64,000 bases of DNA. Origin: Octopus sinensis. Lineage: Eukaryota. The stretch covers positions 99,944,001 through 100,008,000 of the forward strand of contig NC_043000.1 of the NCBI RefSeq assembly GCF_006345805.1. Reading direction: 5' to 3'. Positions 23,773 to 39,725 of the stretch are shown here, one piece after another (positions within the stretch are counted from its first letter, which is position 1; each line of letters begins with the position of its first letter). Below the pieces are notes generated by a model. It made no database searches. It was not told where the DNA came from and saw nothing but the letters and a program-made list of their open reading frames with translations. The translations under genes were made by a program, and so were the position numbers.

Positions 23773-26371
23773 TACACACATATGCATATACATACATACA
23801 TGCATACATACATACATACATACACATACATACATACATACATACATACATACATACATACATACATACATACATACATACGTGTGTGTGTGTGTGTGTG
23901 TGTGAATGAGAGTAGTACACCTGTGTGCATTTGGGAGTAGTGTGCAAGTGATTGTATTTACATTCGGAAAAGAAGATGGATAGCTTACCTTATAAAATAT
24001 TTGTATAGAGTAAGGTGGGGTGATTGGTATAAACATTCAATACTCAGTCAATAAGCGATATCAACATTTTTGGAACACATTTGTATGCTTGTGTATGTTA
24101 GCGAATATGTATGTGTTTATAAGGACAAACAAGTACACATACGTTTATAAGTACAAACTTGTTAGTACGCCCGCACGCCCGCACGCACGAACACACACTC
24201 ACTCACACACACTTACTCACATACGCTCACTCGCATACAAACACAGACATACATATATATATATGAAGAGAGAGTGAGAGAGAGAGTGTGTGTATGGGGA
24301 GAGAGAAAAAGAGAGAGAAAAGAAAGTGTGAGGGAACATAGCATAATACAGAATACCTAAACGTGTTTACTCTCGATAAATGTATAGTTATGCAATATAA
24401 AATTGTGAAAAAAATTGAGATGCTGCGAAAACATCACATTGTTCTCTTTTTTTAACAAACATAACTGTGGATCTTCTAACAGATTGTTTCAAGGTAATTG
24501 AGCCCTGTCAGAAAAGATGTACATAATTCCTCGCCTACCTTGAAAAATCTGAATTAAAATAGCAGGGGCTTATCACGTTGTAACATTAACACTAGTCCTT
24601 TCCGTATAATGTCTGTCGTCAGGTAGTAAATTTATAATATAAATTTGTATAGAGTGCTCCGTATTTCGGAACAACTCTAATAAGTGTAATGTAAGTAACT
24701 ATATAGTTATTTACTTGAAGTCTTTAGCTGTAGAGATTGAGAAGTTATGTAGTGGAATTGCCGTAACATTTGCAGTAACGTTGTATTCTTTCTATTGGAT
24801 TGTGTTATTTTAGAAATGATGTTATCTAGGCAAGAACAGTCAACATTGTTATTATGTGCGTTGAAAAGTTTGTGGTAATGTATGAAGTTGGAAAGTGGTG
24901 CCTACAAGTGATGGAATGTTCTTTACAATATTTGTATTAACGTCTAAAGTGTGGAGGGCTTCAATTAGGTTACTTTATGTCTACTGGTTCTATTTGTTTA
25001 TAAAACTAAGCTCTAAGGCTCCATTATAGTAGAGGACTGAATTGCTAAAAACTATATGAATTGCTCTTATCTGTCTTATAATCTAATGTGATGCTTGAGA
25101 AATTAGCTATTGGTGGATTTGCAAACATAATTCTTTACGCCTATTACTTGAAATATACCTTTTAGTTTTCTTGTTGAATCTAATCGTCATTACTATATAA
25201 ACTTGAGCTGTGAAAGACGGTTCAGCTCCTGCCCGTGTTGAAGATGAAAATTTCTTCGAGATGAACCACTTCTTATGGAGATGTCAAGCAACGGATCTCC
25301 CTCCTTTTTGACTTAACAGGAACTGTTACAACTTGATAATGACTTCTTGGCATTCATTACTGTTCTAGTATTTGGCTCAATGATCGTAGCGAATCTCTTT
25401 CCCAGTCACAAGCATACGTTAAAACTCCTTCCAAAAAAGAATTGGGCATAGTTACTAATATCTCCGATACCATCAATCTGAAAATTAGAAGCGCTACAAA
25501 ATTAATACAATAGAACTGTAACTATTCCGTAATCGGTATTGAAAATGAAAACCAACTGCAGATTTAACCAAATTGATATAAACTTTGTTTATTATCTAGC
25601 CATATCGAAATATTTTTTCTGAAAGCTCTGAACTGCGGGATTGATAACTTGCAATATTATAGAGACTCCAGTCGTATATGAAACTGTCGGTTCTGTCCCT
25701 GTAAGAAACGGCGAATTCCAAAATAGCTGTTTTCAGCTGAAGGCTGTCCCCAGTTATAAAAGTCAGGAGGGATCAACGAGTTAACTCTTTTGCAAAAGAT
25801 AATTTCAATGGGGCTGCTACCCTTCGACTCATTAGTAACTTGTACTCTGGTCTCTCCTTCCTGTGATTCACAATAATAGCCTGCAACAATTATTCTTCAC
25901 GTGATAGTCAATGTTATCAGCGGTTAATAAGGAGAAACCTTCCAAGCCAGCTATGCTGATGCTTAACTTACTGCAGAAACTTTAATGATTATACATGCGG
26001 TCTCATGTCTATGACACTCTGAGGAATAGTCGTAAAGTCAGTAACTATTCATTTGACAAAATAAGCTCTTCGTAGTATTCAGTGCACTATTCTTCGGTAT
26101 AGAAGCACGCGCACACAAACACATATGCACGAAAACACACCATAATATAAAGAATGAAAGAAACATATCGTAGAAAAGATATTAAATGGCATTGAATAGA
26201 GCAGATGTTTTCTGATTTCTCTGCGATCTCTTGAGTAGTAAATATAATTTGATATGAGTTTAAGACAATATCCAATTATCACAGAGTGTGGAGAAACACA
26301 TATACACACATACATAAATGCACGTAAATAATGATATAGAAAAAGATATAAAAATACATATGCGTTTATGC

Positions 26372-26445
<74 letters not shown>

Positions 26446-26482
26446 CATATATATGATGCATTGATATGTAATGAATGCATAT

Positions 26483-26524
<42 letters not shown>

Positions 26525-26680
26525 CATATATATGATGCATTGATATGTAATGAATGCATATATATATATATTATATATATATATATATATAGTAGACACA
26601 CAGGCGCGCGCGCACACAAGCACACACGTATAAAGAGAAAGAGAGAGAAAAGAAAGAAAAAGAGACAGACAGATAGATAG

Positions 26681-26731
<51 letters not shown>

Positions 26732-28377
26732 AAGGGTGGACGGACAGTCCCCAATATTGAAGGAATGTTATCTAAATATGTGAATTGGTCGTAATTAGGT
26801 TCTGTCCTTTATTCAAAAGACTTGCGAGAACAATTATGTTACTGGAAAACAAATTATGCAAACACATGTGCTTATACGCTTATAGTTGCACGTTTGTTCT
26901 GTGAGTGTGTTTACATTGCGAACGTATGAGTATGTGTATACGCCTACTTATTTGTGTTATGCCTACTCGCATGTGCAAGTTTCTGTGTATAGACGTATGT
27001 TTCCTCTAGATTCTAAAGTACATTTAACATATGTCCGGACTGACCATTGTAATCTCGGAATGAAATCAACCAACGTTGCTGCTGCCGTTGCTGCTGCTGC
27101 TGCTGGTGCAGTTGGTGTGGCCGGTGATATCATTGTTGTTTAGACCCAGTTCAGTTCTGAATGATCAGATAAACCTACGAACGAATGCCATTCTATTTAC
27201 GACGGGAACCTCTTTTTCTTAATTTTTCAGACAGTGTAGCTATGAAAATTATATCCAATATGTCTTTCTCTAGCAGCTATTTCTAGCTGGTTGGTTCTTT
27301 TGTTATTCCATGCTGTTGCTGTTTATCCTAGTTTAGCTCCAACTGTACTGACTAACTATGTAAAGGCGTTCCATTGGTGACCACGCTGTTTTGTCTTCTC
27401 ATATTTTAGATATAATGTATCTAGAACTGCATTATCCAGGTCTGTCTTTCATTGTTGCCGTTGTTATTTTTAGCCCCCTCGATGGAGCAGATCTTTCCAT
27501 GGTTGCCCAGTCTTTTATTCAGACATTTCATTATCCTCAACCACATTACTTAGTTTCGCCTTCATCTTTTTAAATCTAACGAATATGATTTGAATATTTC
27601 GTTAGTATTTTTTGTAGAAGACATTTTCCTAAGGGTCTATACCTTATTAGAAGATATATTGAGTCATGTGATTTCTCAGCAGACATTTCAATCACATGAC
27701 AATTCCTGCGTCTTTGGGAACCGTTCTAGTGGTTTTTCGATATCCTAGACACAACACCCAAATCTCACAAATTACATCTACTGTCTTAAATAAAGGAGGA
27801 TACACCAGGCAATATTTTTTATCATATTCTTCATTAATTTGGTTTGCAGGTATGGGCTAAATTTCAAATCGTTGGGATTCGGATGAAATTATCTTCTAGC
27901 TACTCTCCGGGGTTTAATTTGTAATTGATCATCCTGTTTCGTGGTCATCTGAACACAGTTTCATTTTGCTGTGTGTGTGCTGGTGGTGGTGGGTAATTTG
28001 AATTCGCTACACTGAGCGAGCTTTTGATTATGCGCTTAACAAAATTTCCAAATACACCCAAAGCAATTTCTTTGAGTGGCTGTAACAGTTAATGCAGAAA
28101 TATATTCAAATATTGACTAAATCCACAAAGCGAAGTAAAAAACAAACAAACGAAAACTTCCTTTAATTTTCACTCTTTAATTTTGAAATTTCCGTTAAAA
28201 CCGAGTCAATTATTTCTTATGATTATGTAACCCAACAGTTAGTGACATAGAATAACTACGGGGGTGGAACACTTCTAACGGAGCTCTACTTCTTAATATT
28301 TACATTGATCAACTACATTGATCATGCGACTGTATTGATCAGTTGAAAATAAACATTAATTAATAAAATATCTAATT

Positions 28378-28850
28378 ACGTGCGGTGTCCCAAAAATAAT
28401 GAAAAGTAGATGTAACTTCTTTATTAACCGATATAGGTCGTTCAAATTGAACAAGTTACTAGAATAAATATTTGTGTATAGTGACTCTTCTTCTCGTTCT
28501 TCATTGCCGGCAAATAATGAGTTTTCAGAAGTAACATTCCATCATTGAGTTCTTCATGAAGGTGAGGTGCAGGCTGTCAGACATCTTCAGAAAGTTGCAG
28601 GAAGGTTATGGTGATGACACTACTGACAAGAGTAATGATGTGCACAGATAGATGAAGAAATTTAAAGTAAGAAGAAACCAGCATTGAAGACAAAGCAGGC
28701 AGTGGAAAAGTATCAACCATGATCATTGGAGCAAATCACCAGCGAGTGGATGAATTGGTTTGCGTGGGCACACGAGTCACTATCTGTGAGTTTGCTACAC
28801 AGCTGGGCTGTTGTCATAATGGTGAAAGACTTTGGAATTTAGAAAACAGA
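28378..28850 (+). mobile_element. Mariner 5' remnant
   Basis: TIR-like tacgtgcggtgtcccaaaaataatg; SIIEFFMK...DIFRKLQEGYGDD...SIEDKAGSG...RVDELV...RVTICEFATQLG bipartite HTH. Confidence 0.75.
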
Positions 28851-29039
28851 CATGACACATATAGAGAGAGAGAGAGAGAAAGAAAGAAAGAGAGAGAGAG
28901 AGAGAAAATAACTGGAATAAGCAGTACATGAATTGCACAATACCATCTTGATACGTTCCAAAAGGCTGCTTGACCAGAGATACCCAGGGGCTACACATAA
29001 TAACAATGACAAGTTTTATTTTTGTATTCTGTATTTAAA

Positions 29040-29480
29040 GGCGGCGAGCTGGCAGAAGCGTAGCACGCCGGGCGAAATGCTTAGCGGCATTTCGTCCGTC
29101 TTCAGGTTCTGAGTTGAAATTCCGCCGAGGTCGACTTTGCCTTTCATCATTTCGGAAGTCGATAAAATGTTGAATACTGGGATCTATGTGATCGACCATC
29201 CTCCTCTCTTCAAATTTCAGGCCATGTGCCTATAATAGAAAGGGTTATTTTATTCTGTGTTTAAAGGCGGCGAGCAGACAGAATCGCTATCATGTCTAAC
29301 GAAATGCTTAGAGGCATTTCATATGGCGTTACGCTCTGGGTTCAAATTCCGATGAGATCAAATTCACCTTTTATTCGTTTGGGTTCGATAAAAGAAGTAC
29401 CAGCTGGGCCCTGGGATCGGTGTAATTGGCTAGCTGCTCATCTCAAATTTCAGGTCTTGTGTCGATATTAGAAAGAATTA
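29040..29480 (+). mobile_element. Two tandem SINE copies (same family as 9118)
   Basis: ggcggcgagctggcagaa heads at 29040 and ~29266, shared central domain. Confidence 0.85.
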
Positions 29481-30823
29481 TTTTATTCTGTATTTAAAAA
29501 ACATCGTGACGACCATCGTGAATCAAAATGAAAACGACTGTGGTGTTGATTCAGTGATCGAATTCCCATTTCCGATTAAAGTCAATTTCACTTCACTTTT
29601 CTAATGAATTTATTGAAATATTGCAGTTCCGTTAAATCTCTTCAAGAGATTTTTCCTCTCTCTCCCTCTCTCTCTTCCTTCCTCTCTCTCTCTGTCTCTC
29701 TGTCTCTCTGTCTCTGTCTCTCTGTCTCTCTGTCTCTGTCTCTCTGTCTCTCTGTCTCTGTCTCTGTCTCTCTGTCTCTCTGTCTCTGTCTCTCTGTCTC
29801 TCTGTCTCTGTCTCTCTGTCTGTCTCTCTCTCTCTGTCTCTCTCTCTCTGTCTCTCTCTCTCTCTCTCTCCCTCTCTCTTGTCAAAGACACTCTGCTACC
29901 AGGAAATATATTGAATTTCAGACTGAATTCCTCTAGTAAATGGCAGTGTAGAAATTCAAATAAAAGAACTAGATATATTAATACATGCACTCATATATAA
30001 ATATACATATAAATACACACACACACATATATGTATATATATATGTGTATATATATGTATGTGTATATATATGTATATATATATGTATATATATATATGT
30101 ATGTATATATATATATATGTGTGTATACATATATAAGTATATATGCATGGATGCATATTTAACATATGTAAATGTATGTATATGTAATACGATTATGCGA
30201 ATATGTTTATACACACACACACACACACACACACACGCACGCTCATTTATGCAAATATAGTTTCAATGTTACTGGTGTTCATTTCTCTCGTTTTTAGCTT
30301 ATTCCTTTTAGCAAATATATATATGGAGTAATTTCAAATTATTGTATAACTTCTTACTGATTCAGAATATCACTAGTCTCCACTAGTATGGTTGACTTAA
30401 AAGTAGGATTCTGTGTAGACTGGCTCCATCAGTTATGTAGTGTCTCCATTCATACAGATACGTATTCAAATGCACACACGCACACACATTCTTTTATTCT
30501 TTTGCTATTTTACTTGTTTCAGTCATATGGTCATATGACTGCGGCCATGCTGGAGCACCGACTTCAACAGGTTTAGTCGAACAAACCAACCCCAGGACTT
30601 ATTCTTTGTAAGCCTACTACTTATTCTCCCGGTATCTTTTCCGAACGGTTAAGGGAGACAGTCGGTTTATATACACAGCAAACCGAGTGTATATAAGTGT
30701 TTAATACTTTATTCAATGTCAACGGCCTGCGAAGCGGATATCTCAGGTCACATAGTATCAAGGCCTGTTATATGTAAACCTACGAAGTAGATATACAATC
30801 ATAGCAAATTCAACTCTTTCTCC

Positions 30824-30870
<47 letters not shown>

Positions 30871-30896
30871 TCTGTCTCTGTTTTTTTCATCGTGTT

Positions 30897-30936
30897 CCTG
30901 TCTGTTGAAGAGCGTTGGCTCGAAACGTAAAAGACC
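30897..30936 (+). ncRNA. Degenerate hammerhead motif in a short (TA)n-flanked element
   Basis: CUGUUGA-a-GAGC(guug)GCUC-GAAA-CG-UA; core A6 mutated, stem I weak. Confidence 0.45.
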
Positions 30937-31042
30937 GTCTCACTTTCTCGGGCGTCAAACTAATACACCTGCTTATTGTTTACACCTGTCTTCGTCTTTT
31001 GTTTTTCTGTCAATTTCAACTATATATGTATATATGTATAAG

Positions 31043-32645
<1,603 letters not shown>

Positions 32646-32649
32646 TAAA

Positions 32650-34922
32650 CCTCGAAAAGGGGGGATTTTTGTAAATTTTTTTTACAATAGCGCTAAAACT
32701 ATGGAATTTATGTCAACACTGATTCTATTCAGTATTGTTTATTATTTAATGCGAAAAAAATGAAGGTTGCATGAAAATCCGTTTATTTGTTCGGAAGACC
32801 GGTACTTTTTATTGATCCATGTTTACGGTTTTAAGTTTGCAATAAAGCATGGTGGAATCATAACTGATGATAATGTTCAACAAAACGCAAAAACATGCAT
32901 GCACACTCACATCCTCATGCAAGTCAGCATTTTAAATTTGTATAACAGATTTTCGTTATAGTTTGTTTACATATTCTTTTATATTGTATATAGTGTTGTT
33001 GAAGAGAAAGGTGGACGAGCGTTTTCAGCAGAATTTTTCAATGTAATGTTTCTAATGTAAATTATACATTCCTCGATTTGTCAACCTCATTATTGCCACG
33101 AAGATTAAGTGGTGTTGAGACTATGCTGCAAGAAGAAACCTCGCTTAATACGCACACGGAAATGTGTATATATATATATATCACTGCATCTTTTTGGAAG
33201 CCTATATTCGAAAATATAGATTCCCAGAACTCATCATGAATAGGTCGTTGCAGAGCGAGTTCTACCCTCCCACCCGCCTTCATTATTTCATCATATTATA
33301 TGTTAAACTGCTTTTTAGTATCATATATTTTTAATGATGCACGAGATTTTATTCAGGCACGAATAAAGCCGTCCCTATTGGCCTCTCCACAAACTGCAAG
33401 TGAAGCTTCCCTAACCAATCATACTGCTCTTTCAACACTTTGAGAGTGGCAAGGAAACTTTTGAGAGTGGTAAGGAAACTTTTCAAACTCTATTTTAGGA
33501 ATACTTTGATCTTCCTGAAGAAAATGCAGTGATTCATTTTCAACGAATCTTAGTAAAAGCGGATTAGATGTTTGGCATTTCCCCACGTGATATGAGCAAG
33601 GTGTACTCTCTGGCCGAAAAGCTTATTTCTGGGACTTGAAATTTTCTGATGGAGCGTTCATGTTGTTTTGAATGTCGAAACAAAAAGATCCTTCTTATTG
33701 CGAGTTCACGGACATCATCTCGATCATCACACAACATGCTCAAAAGAACGTTCTCTGGGTGGGCGGAAAACCCACTTCTTTGGATGACATTATCAATAAT
33801 CCTTTGATATTGATTGGGAAGATATCTTGAAAGCTTAATCGTTTGAAATAAATACAGAGATCCAAAGCTGCATGATGGCGTGCCTTTAATTTGAAACCAA
33901 ACTGGAGTATACCTTTGCATTACAAATGTTACTAAAGCTATAAGCCCATGAGAAGGACAAATTTTTGTAGTATATAATCGAAGGATTCTAATGGCGGTTG
34001 TTAGCCATCTGGAATGAGAGACTGGTCCAGGTTTTCTGTGAGCCAAGTCGTCATTTATTATACCAGAGCTTACTCCATCAAAAAGCACAAGTAATATCTT
34101 TTGGTCATTGCTCAAGTCTAAGTTTTGACTTTGTGACAAAAGCCTACACTTAATAGAAACAAATTAGACAACTGGATCATTTTCACATTCTTTTATTTCC
34201 CTTCCAATCATTCCAGAGTAACTCGATGATCCTGATGCTGACCTGTTAATAAACATGAATAAATATTTGAACAATAATGAATTTGTGTGAAGGAGACAGA
34301 TTAACCATTGGAGTGGACGTTCAATATTTTCTTCTAGCGATCGAATGACACCATTATAGATTCCAACGTTTACATTTGTCCCATCAATGCCAACCACAGT
34401 TAAATCATCCAAAGCAACATCTTTTTCAACAAAGATTGATAAAATCATTGACTGATCAGAACCAGCGGTAATATGACCAACATAGAGTGAATTGGGTTCT
34501 TCAATCAAAACAATGTATTCTTCAGAATCGACCGAGGATAGACTTGAAGTCAGTGTTGGCAGAAATTAAATCAACTTGCAAATACACGTTCACTTTACTA
34601 ACTTTATACTTGGGCTAAGCCCTAACAGCCCGAGTGACGGAGCCGCCACTTTTTTTTTCTTCTTCTTCTTCTTCCTTACCATGAATTCACAAGGACCTCG
34701 AATCCACAAGAGTAAACAAGAGAGACAGAGACATGCAGAAACAAGGAAAATGCCACTTATATTTGAACATCATACAAATATTCTTTTAAAAAAACTTTTC
34801 TTTTAATTTTTCTAAATTTAATTATTTAATTGTTACAGTTGAAAAAGTCTCAATGACTGAAATCGGTACTGAAATGATTTTTATAAAACTATTTTAGCAT
34901 TTTCTATCTTGACTATTTTTTT

Positions 34923-34925
<3 letters not shown>
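32650..34925 (-). mobile_element. hAT-superfamily (hATx/hATm-like) transposase remnant
   Basis: GIDGTNVNVG, LQWLICLLH (CxxH), PGPVSHSRWLTTA, HPENVLLSMLCD, PCHSQSVERA (catalytic E) over 33300-34510; outer limits approximate. Confidence 0.75.
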
Positions 34926-34982
<57 letters not shown>

Positions 34983-34994
34983 ATTAGGAGAAAG

Positions 34995-35742
34995 AGAAAA
35001 TGGAGATTGGGAAATTAACAATTGTCTATTATTAACAGCAAATTAATCATCAACATGAATCTATATTAACACCTTGTTAGGGGTAATGGGTAAAAAGTGT
35101 AAACGCATATATATATACAGAGATGTATGTGTGAGTGCGCATACGTATTAATGTGTTCGCGGAAGTACATGTATGCATATATAAGCGTATATACGTATAT
35201 AAGCGGATATGTGTGTACGTGTTGGTGTATGTATATGCGTGTGTCTGTGTGTATTTATATGTATATATGGACGTACGGATACATATATGTATGTGTGTGT
35301 ATGCATGTGTGCGTACTTGCATGTATATAAACTTTCTTAAGTTTATTTATACCTTATAAACGTATACTCCATTCTTTATTAACTATAAACGTACATTGTA
35401 TTTAAATTTCCTCTATCATCTCTATTTAATTTATTCATTCGTTGCTTTAATTTATTGCTTTATCTACCTGATGTTTCTCTTATTTCCAATCTACCTGCAA
35501 ACCCCTCGCCCGAACATATAACAATAAAATTCATAAACAGTATCATTCAGCCTGCTATAACGAATCCATAAATACATATAAAACATCCACGGGTTTATTT
35601 TTTCCCTCTGAAGATACTATGCTCAGGTCATATAAATATAAATTCAATATTTACTGAACATTAATTGAAACAGCTGTAAGGGATGATAATTAAGTTGCTT
35701 TTAATAATAAACAATTATTAACTTCCCAATCTCCATTTTCTT
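34995..35742 (+). mobile_element. PLE-type non-coding element with inverted ends and a long-stem-II hammerhead (35603-35683)
   Basis: ucccu-CUGAAGA-...augcucag/cugaacau...-GAAA-CAGCUG-UA-aggga; 34995-35040 is the reverse complement of 35697-35740; flanked by (TA)n. Confidence 0.7.
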
Positions 35743-35772
35743 TGCCTTCTTGCATATGAATATAAACTATAT

Positions 35773-35837
<65 letters not shown>

Positions 35838-36351
35838 ATTATTTTCGGGAAATTTATTACCCATAAATACTAGGTATTGAACCAGTATTTCCTTGGATGA
35901 AACCATCCCTTCATGAAGTTAACGCAACCTCTTATCGAATTTAATATACACACATACATACAGACAGATAGACTGACAAACAGACAGATAAGCAGGCAGA
36001 TCGACAGACAGTAATATAGATATATAGGTAGATAGATGTGTACACGTTCATACAAGGTTAAAGAATATATTTTAAATACAGTTGCAGAGTACATGTATAG
36101 TGCTTTACAAAACCGCACACAATTAACCCATACATTCATACACACACTCGGGCATATAAAATTTACACATACACACAGCAATCATAAAAATACATTACAT
36201 AAAAGTTACGCATAGTAATATCTCGATATATTTAATCTTATCAATTATTCCTTTTTGTACCATTTCTTTCCTTTCTTAAAATGGAAAACTTTGAATATTT
36301 TATGTTTTATGTTTTTTCTTGTTGAAGATATTCACTATATGATATATATAT

Positions 36352-36394
36352 ATATGTGTATGTGTCTATAGATAACTACACCTTATATATATAT

Positions 36395-36447
<53 letters not shown>

Positions 36448-36605
36448 ATATATATATATTCACAAGGTGTAGTTATCTATAGACACATACACACATACAC
36501 ACACATATATATATTCACAGGTGTAGTTATCTATAGACACATACACACATACACACACATATATATATTCACAAGGTGTAGTTATCTATAGACACACATA
36601 CACAT
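36352..36605. repeat. Local inverted plus triple tandem repeat of ggtgtagttatctatagacac
   Basis: One reverse copy at 36362-36383, then (TA)n, then three forward copies at ~56-bp spacing. Confidence 0.85.
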
Positions 36606-37005
36606 ACACTAACGCACGCGCGCGCACGCACACACACACGCTCAAACCCACACACATATGCATACATATACATATAATTGTATTAACAATATGACTGCAA
36701 AATTTTACGCACACGCACCCTCAAACCTTTATAGATAGGATACAAAGGTAAGGACAGAGATGCAACAATACATATAATCACCCACTAATACATACACACG
36801 GACATGGTTTCATACATACATACACACTCACACACACATACCTACTCATAGAGAATAAAGAAGTGTAAGAAGTAGGGTGAGGGAAAGTGAGAAAAAGAAA
36901 GAGAAAAACCTATACAGAAGTTATATTGTTGAAAAGAAAATCACAAAAATCGTGGGTTTATACGTATATATATATATATGTATATATATATGTATATATA
37001 TATAT

Positions 37006-37048
<43 letters not shown>

Positions 37049-37563
37049 AAACGCACACACCACAGACTTATATACGTCCATATATATATATGTATATGTG
37101 CATTCATACGTATATACATATATGTGTATGATTATGTATGTGTGTGTATATGTATATATGTATCTTTCTCTCTTTATATATATATATATATATACACACA
37201 CACAATAGGTAGAGAACATTATTACCTCAGTTGCACCAACTTTTGTAGTTCATTATCAATATTTATACACTTAAATTCGCTCCGTTAACTCTACCGATGG
37301 ACTACTTCTATTGAAGCGCCAACCATTTACAGAATTATTTCGCCATCAAAAGCTCTTTAATAGATATTACAAACTCATACACTTGTCATAACTATTCTCA
37401 CTCTTCTATTTTGCGAACAGTTTAAATCCTATTGAAATAACAACGACCATTTATACTGTCTGTACTATTCTTTTCTACCGCATGTAATTGTCATACCAAG
37501 TCGTTCATCTGTCTGCTTCCTTCTCTTGTGTGTATGTATGTATGTGTGTATGTGTGTGTGTGT

Positions 37564-37630
<67 letters not shown>

Positions 37631-38467
37631 CTTTTTTTTAAAGATTTGATTTAAGTAATTATCTAGACAGCTCAGTGATTTGAAATACATAATATATTCT
37701 GGCCATTGTATCGACGAGTGGATTCTACTTGCTTCTTTAAACCCACCACACACATATTTATATATGTGTATGTACACATACATGCTTGCATATGCACGCG
37801 CACACACACACACACACACCACACACACACACAAACACACACATATATATATGTATATATAGACACACACACGTGTGAGTGTGTTGTTTATGTCTTCCTT
37901 TTCTTTCGAATTTTTGGAATATTAACAACAACATAATAGATGAAAGTCTATTGGCGTAAGTAAGTTGACAGTTTGCTTAAAGCCGGGGATTTAACGTAAC
38001 TTTTTGGGTTGGAGAAACATACTTTTACGGTTTACTTTTGTTGTTGCTATCTCATATTGGCTGAATCGTTACAGAATGGTTTGCATTATTTGTTTCGGTT
38101 ATTTGTACCATGATTTCAAATCCCGCTGAGACCGACTTTACCTTTCACCCTTCGGCGGTCGATTAAAACTCAGTGCTAGATTTGCGCTGGAGTCGATGTA
38201 ATGTTTTCAGGTTGGTTATCATCAGGTCTACTACAACTATTATACAAAGATAATCATTCATGCAAAATGTGAACATTTATGCAAAATGTGAAGATGTTTT
38301 TTTTTAATTTCACGAATGTTGATGTTTACCAGGGAAGTTTTCAAGCAACTCATTTCCGCTATTCTTATAACACCAAACACACCTGTTGCAACTGGAGCTG
38401 TTTGTTGTTTTCAAGAAATACATTCTGCTAGTCTCGATTTCTAGGTCTTTGTACATAGCAAATTTGT

Positions 38468-39725
38468 CATAGAGGAGACCGGGTCTAGTTGATACATTTT
38501 ATTTATTTTTTTGCCTTGGCATCCACATAAATGAACACAGTTGACGTTTCTTTTCATATTTAATTAGTAAAACATCTCTATTTATTGTTAACAGCAGCAA
38601 AAAAACAGAAATTACATAACATTAATTAGACAGGTTATAATTAATGCGGTGGTGTCAGCTGTAACAATTTTCCCCGAGTGCGAGGTACGGTGTGACACTT
38701 ACTGGGGTACTTTGTTACAACTGTCGATAACTCGTTTTAAATGAATACACCTCCTGCTTCTTACATCTAGGAAGTATTATTTTAATTAACTGTGCTTTGA
38801 ACCACCTCATATCCTAACTGTGATACTGAGAGTCCTCATCAGCCAATTTCCCCATTGTTATGTGCTATCTAGTCGGAATCGTCCTCTGTTAACTTCTCTC
38901 CACACAGATCACAGAAATTCCTGTCGTCCATCGGTGCAGTCAGTGTGTGCCCAGTCTTTACAGATTATGCATTTCCCCCTTTCTTCACCTGGAAGGGAGT
39001 TGGAATACCAGTCTCAGCAGACAAAGCATTTCCAATCGGCGACTTGCTTGCTGCGAGGCTGCTTCCCTTCGTCTTTACCTGTTTTAGTTGACTTTAAAGA
39101 AGTTGAAGGTTTATTTTTTGGTACAGCTGACGTTCTGTTAACATCTTAAAAGGTTAGTGTAAAGGATACCGGTAACTTCATGTCTAATGAGCCTGAAACC
39201 AACCTCGAAATCTTTGGCAACATCTCGTAATGATTTCTTTTCATCCACAACTTTTCTGGAGGCTCTTTCCATGACATCAGCAGGGGTATCCCCCTTTGTA
39301 GTCTTCCTTTTGTAATTTCTAGGCATGGTGTGTTAAACTGAAATAGAAAGGATAAGTTGTTGTAACAATTAGCTCAGACCATGGATTTCTGAGGATTACC
39401 TCGTACACAGCACTAGCAATGCATGGCATCGAGGACACACCTTCATGTATCGAAGGCAGCTTCCAGCGCTTCCTAATGAGCCACAAACTACTTCAGTAAC
39501 ACCACTTGTGCTTTTGTAGTTAAGGAAATAATTTGTAACGAAATTTCACTTTTGAAGTAAAAAATCGTTTTTTGAACCTTTCCTGGTGACAGCCCGCCAG
39601 TGCAATACACATGTGCAGTCATGATGCTATGGAGTTGGCCTTCACTAATGTCACCTATTTCTTGAAGTTGGAAACATTGGGCTTGTAACAACTTACCCGT
39701 GTAACAAGACCCGGTATCCCCTACT
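38468..39725 (-). mobile_element. Internally deleted pogo/Fot1-like DNA transposon (HTH-psq N-terminus, PHD-like C-terminus)
   Basis: MPRNYKRKT...KKSLRDVAKDFEV (39138-39326); WKCFVC.DWYSNSLPGEE near 39000; TIR-like ends atagaggagaccgggtc / gtaggggataccgggtc. Confidence 0.75.

Noticed and set aside
28301-28343. Three ATTGATC motifs as a homotypic transcription-factor site cluster
   Set aside because: Short AT-rich motif that a local micro-duplication explains equally well
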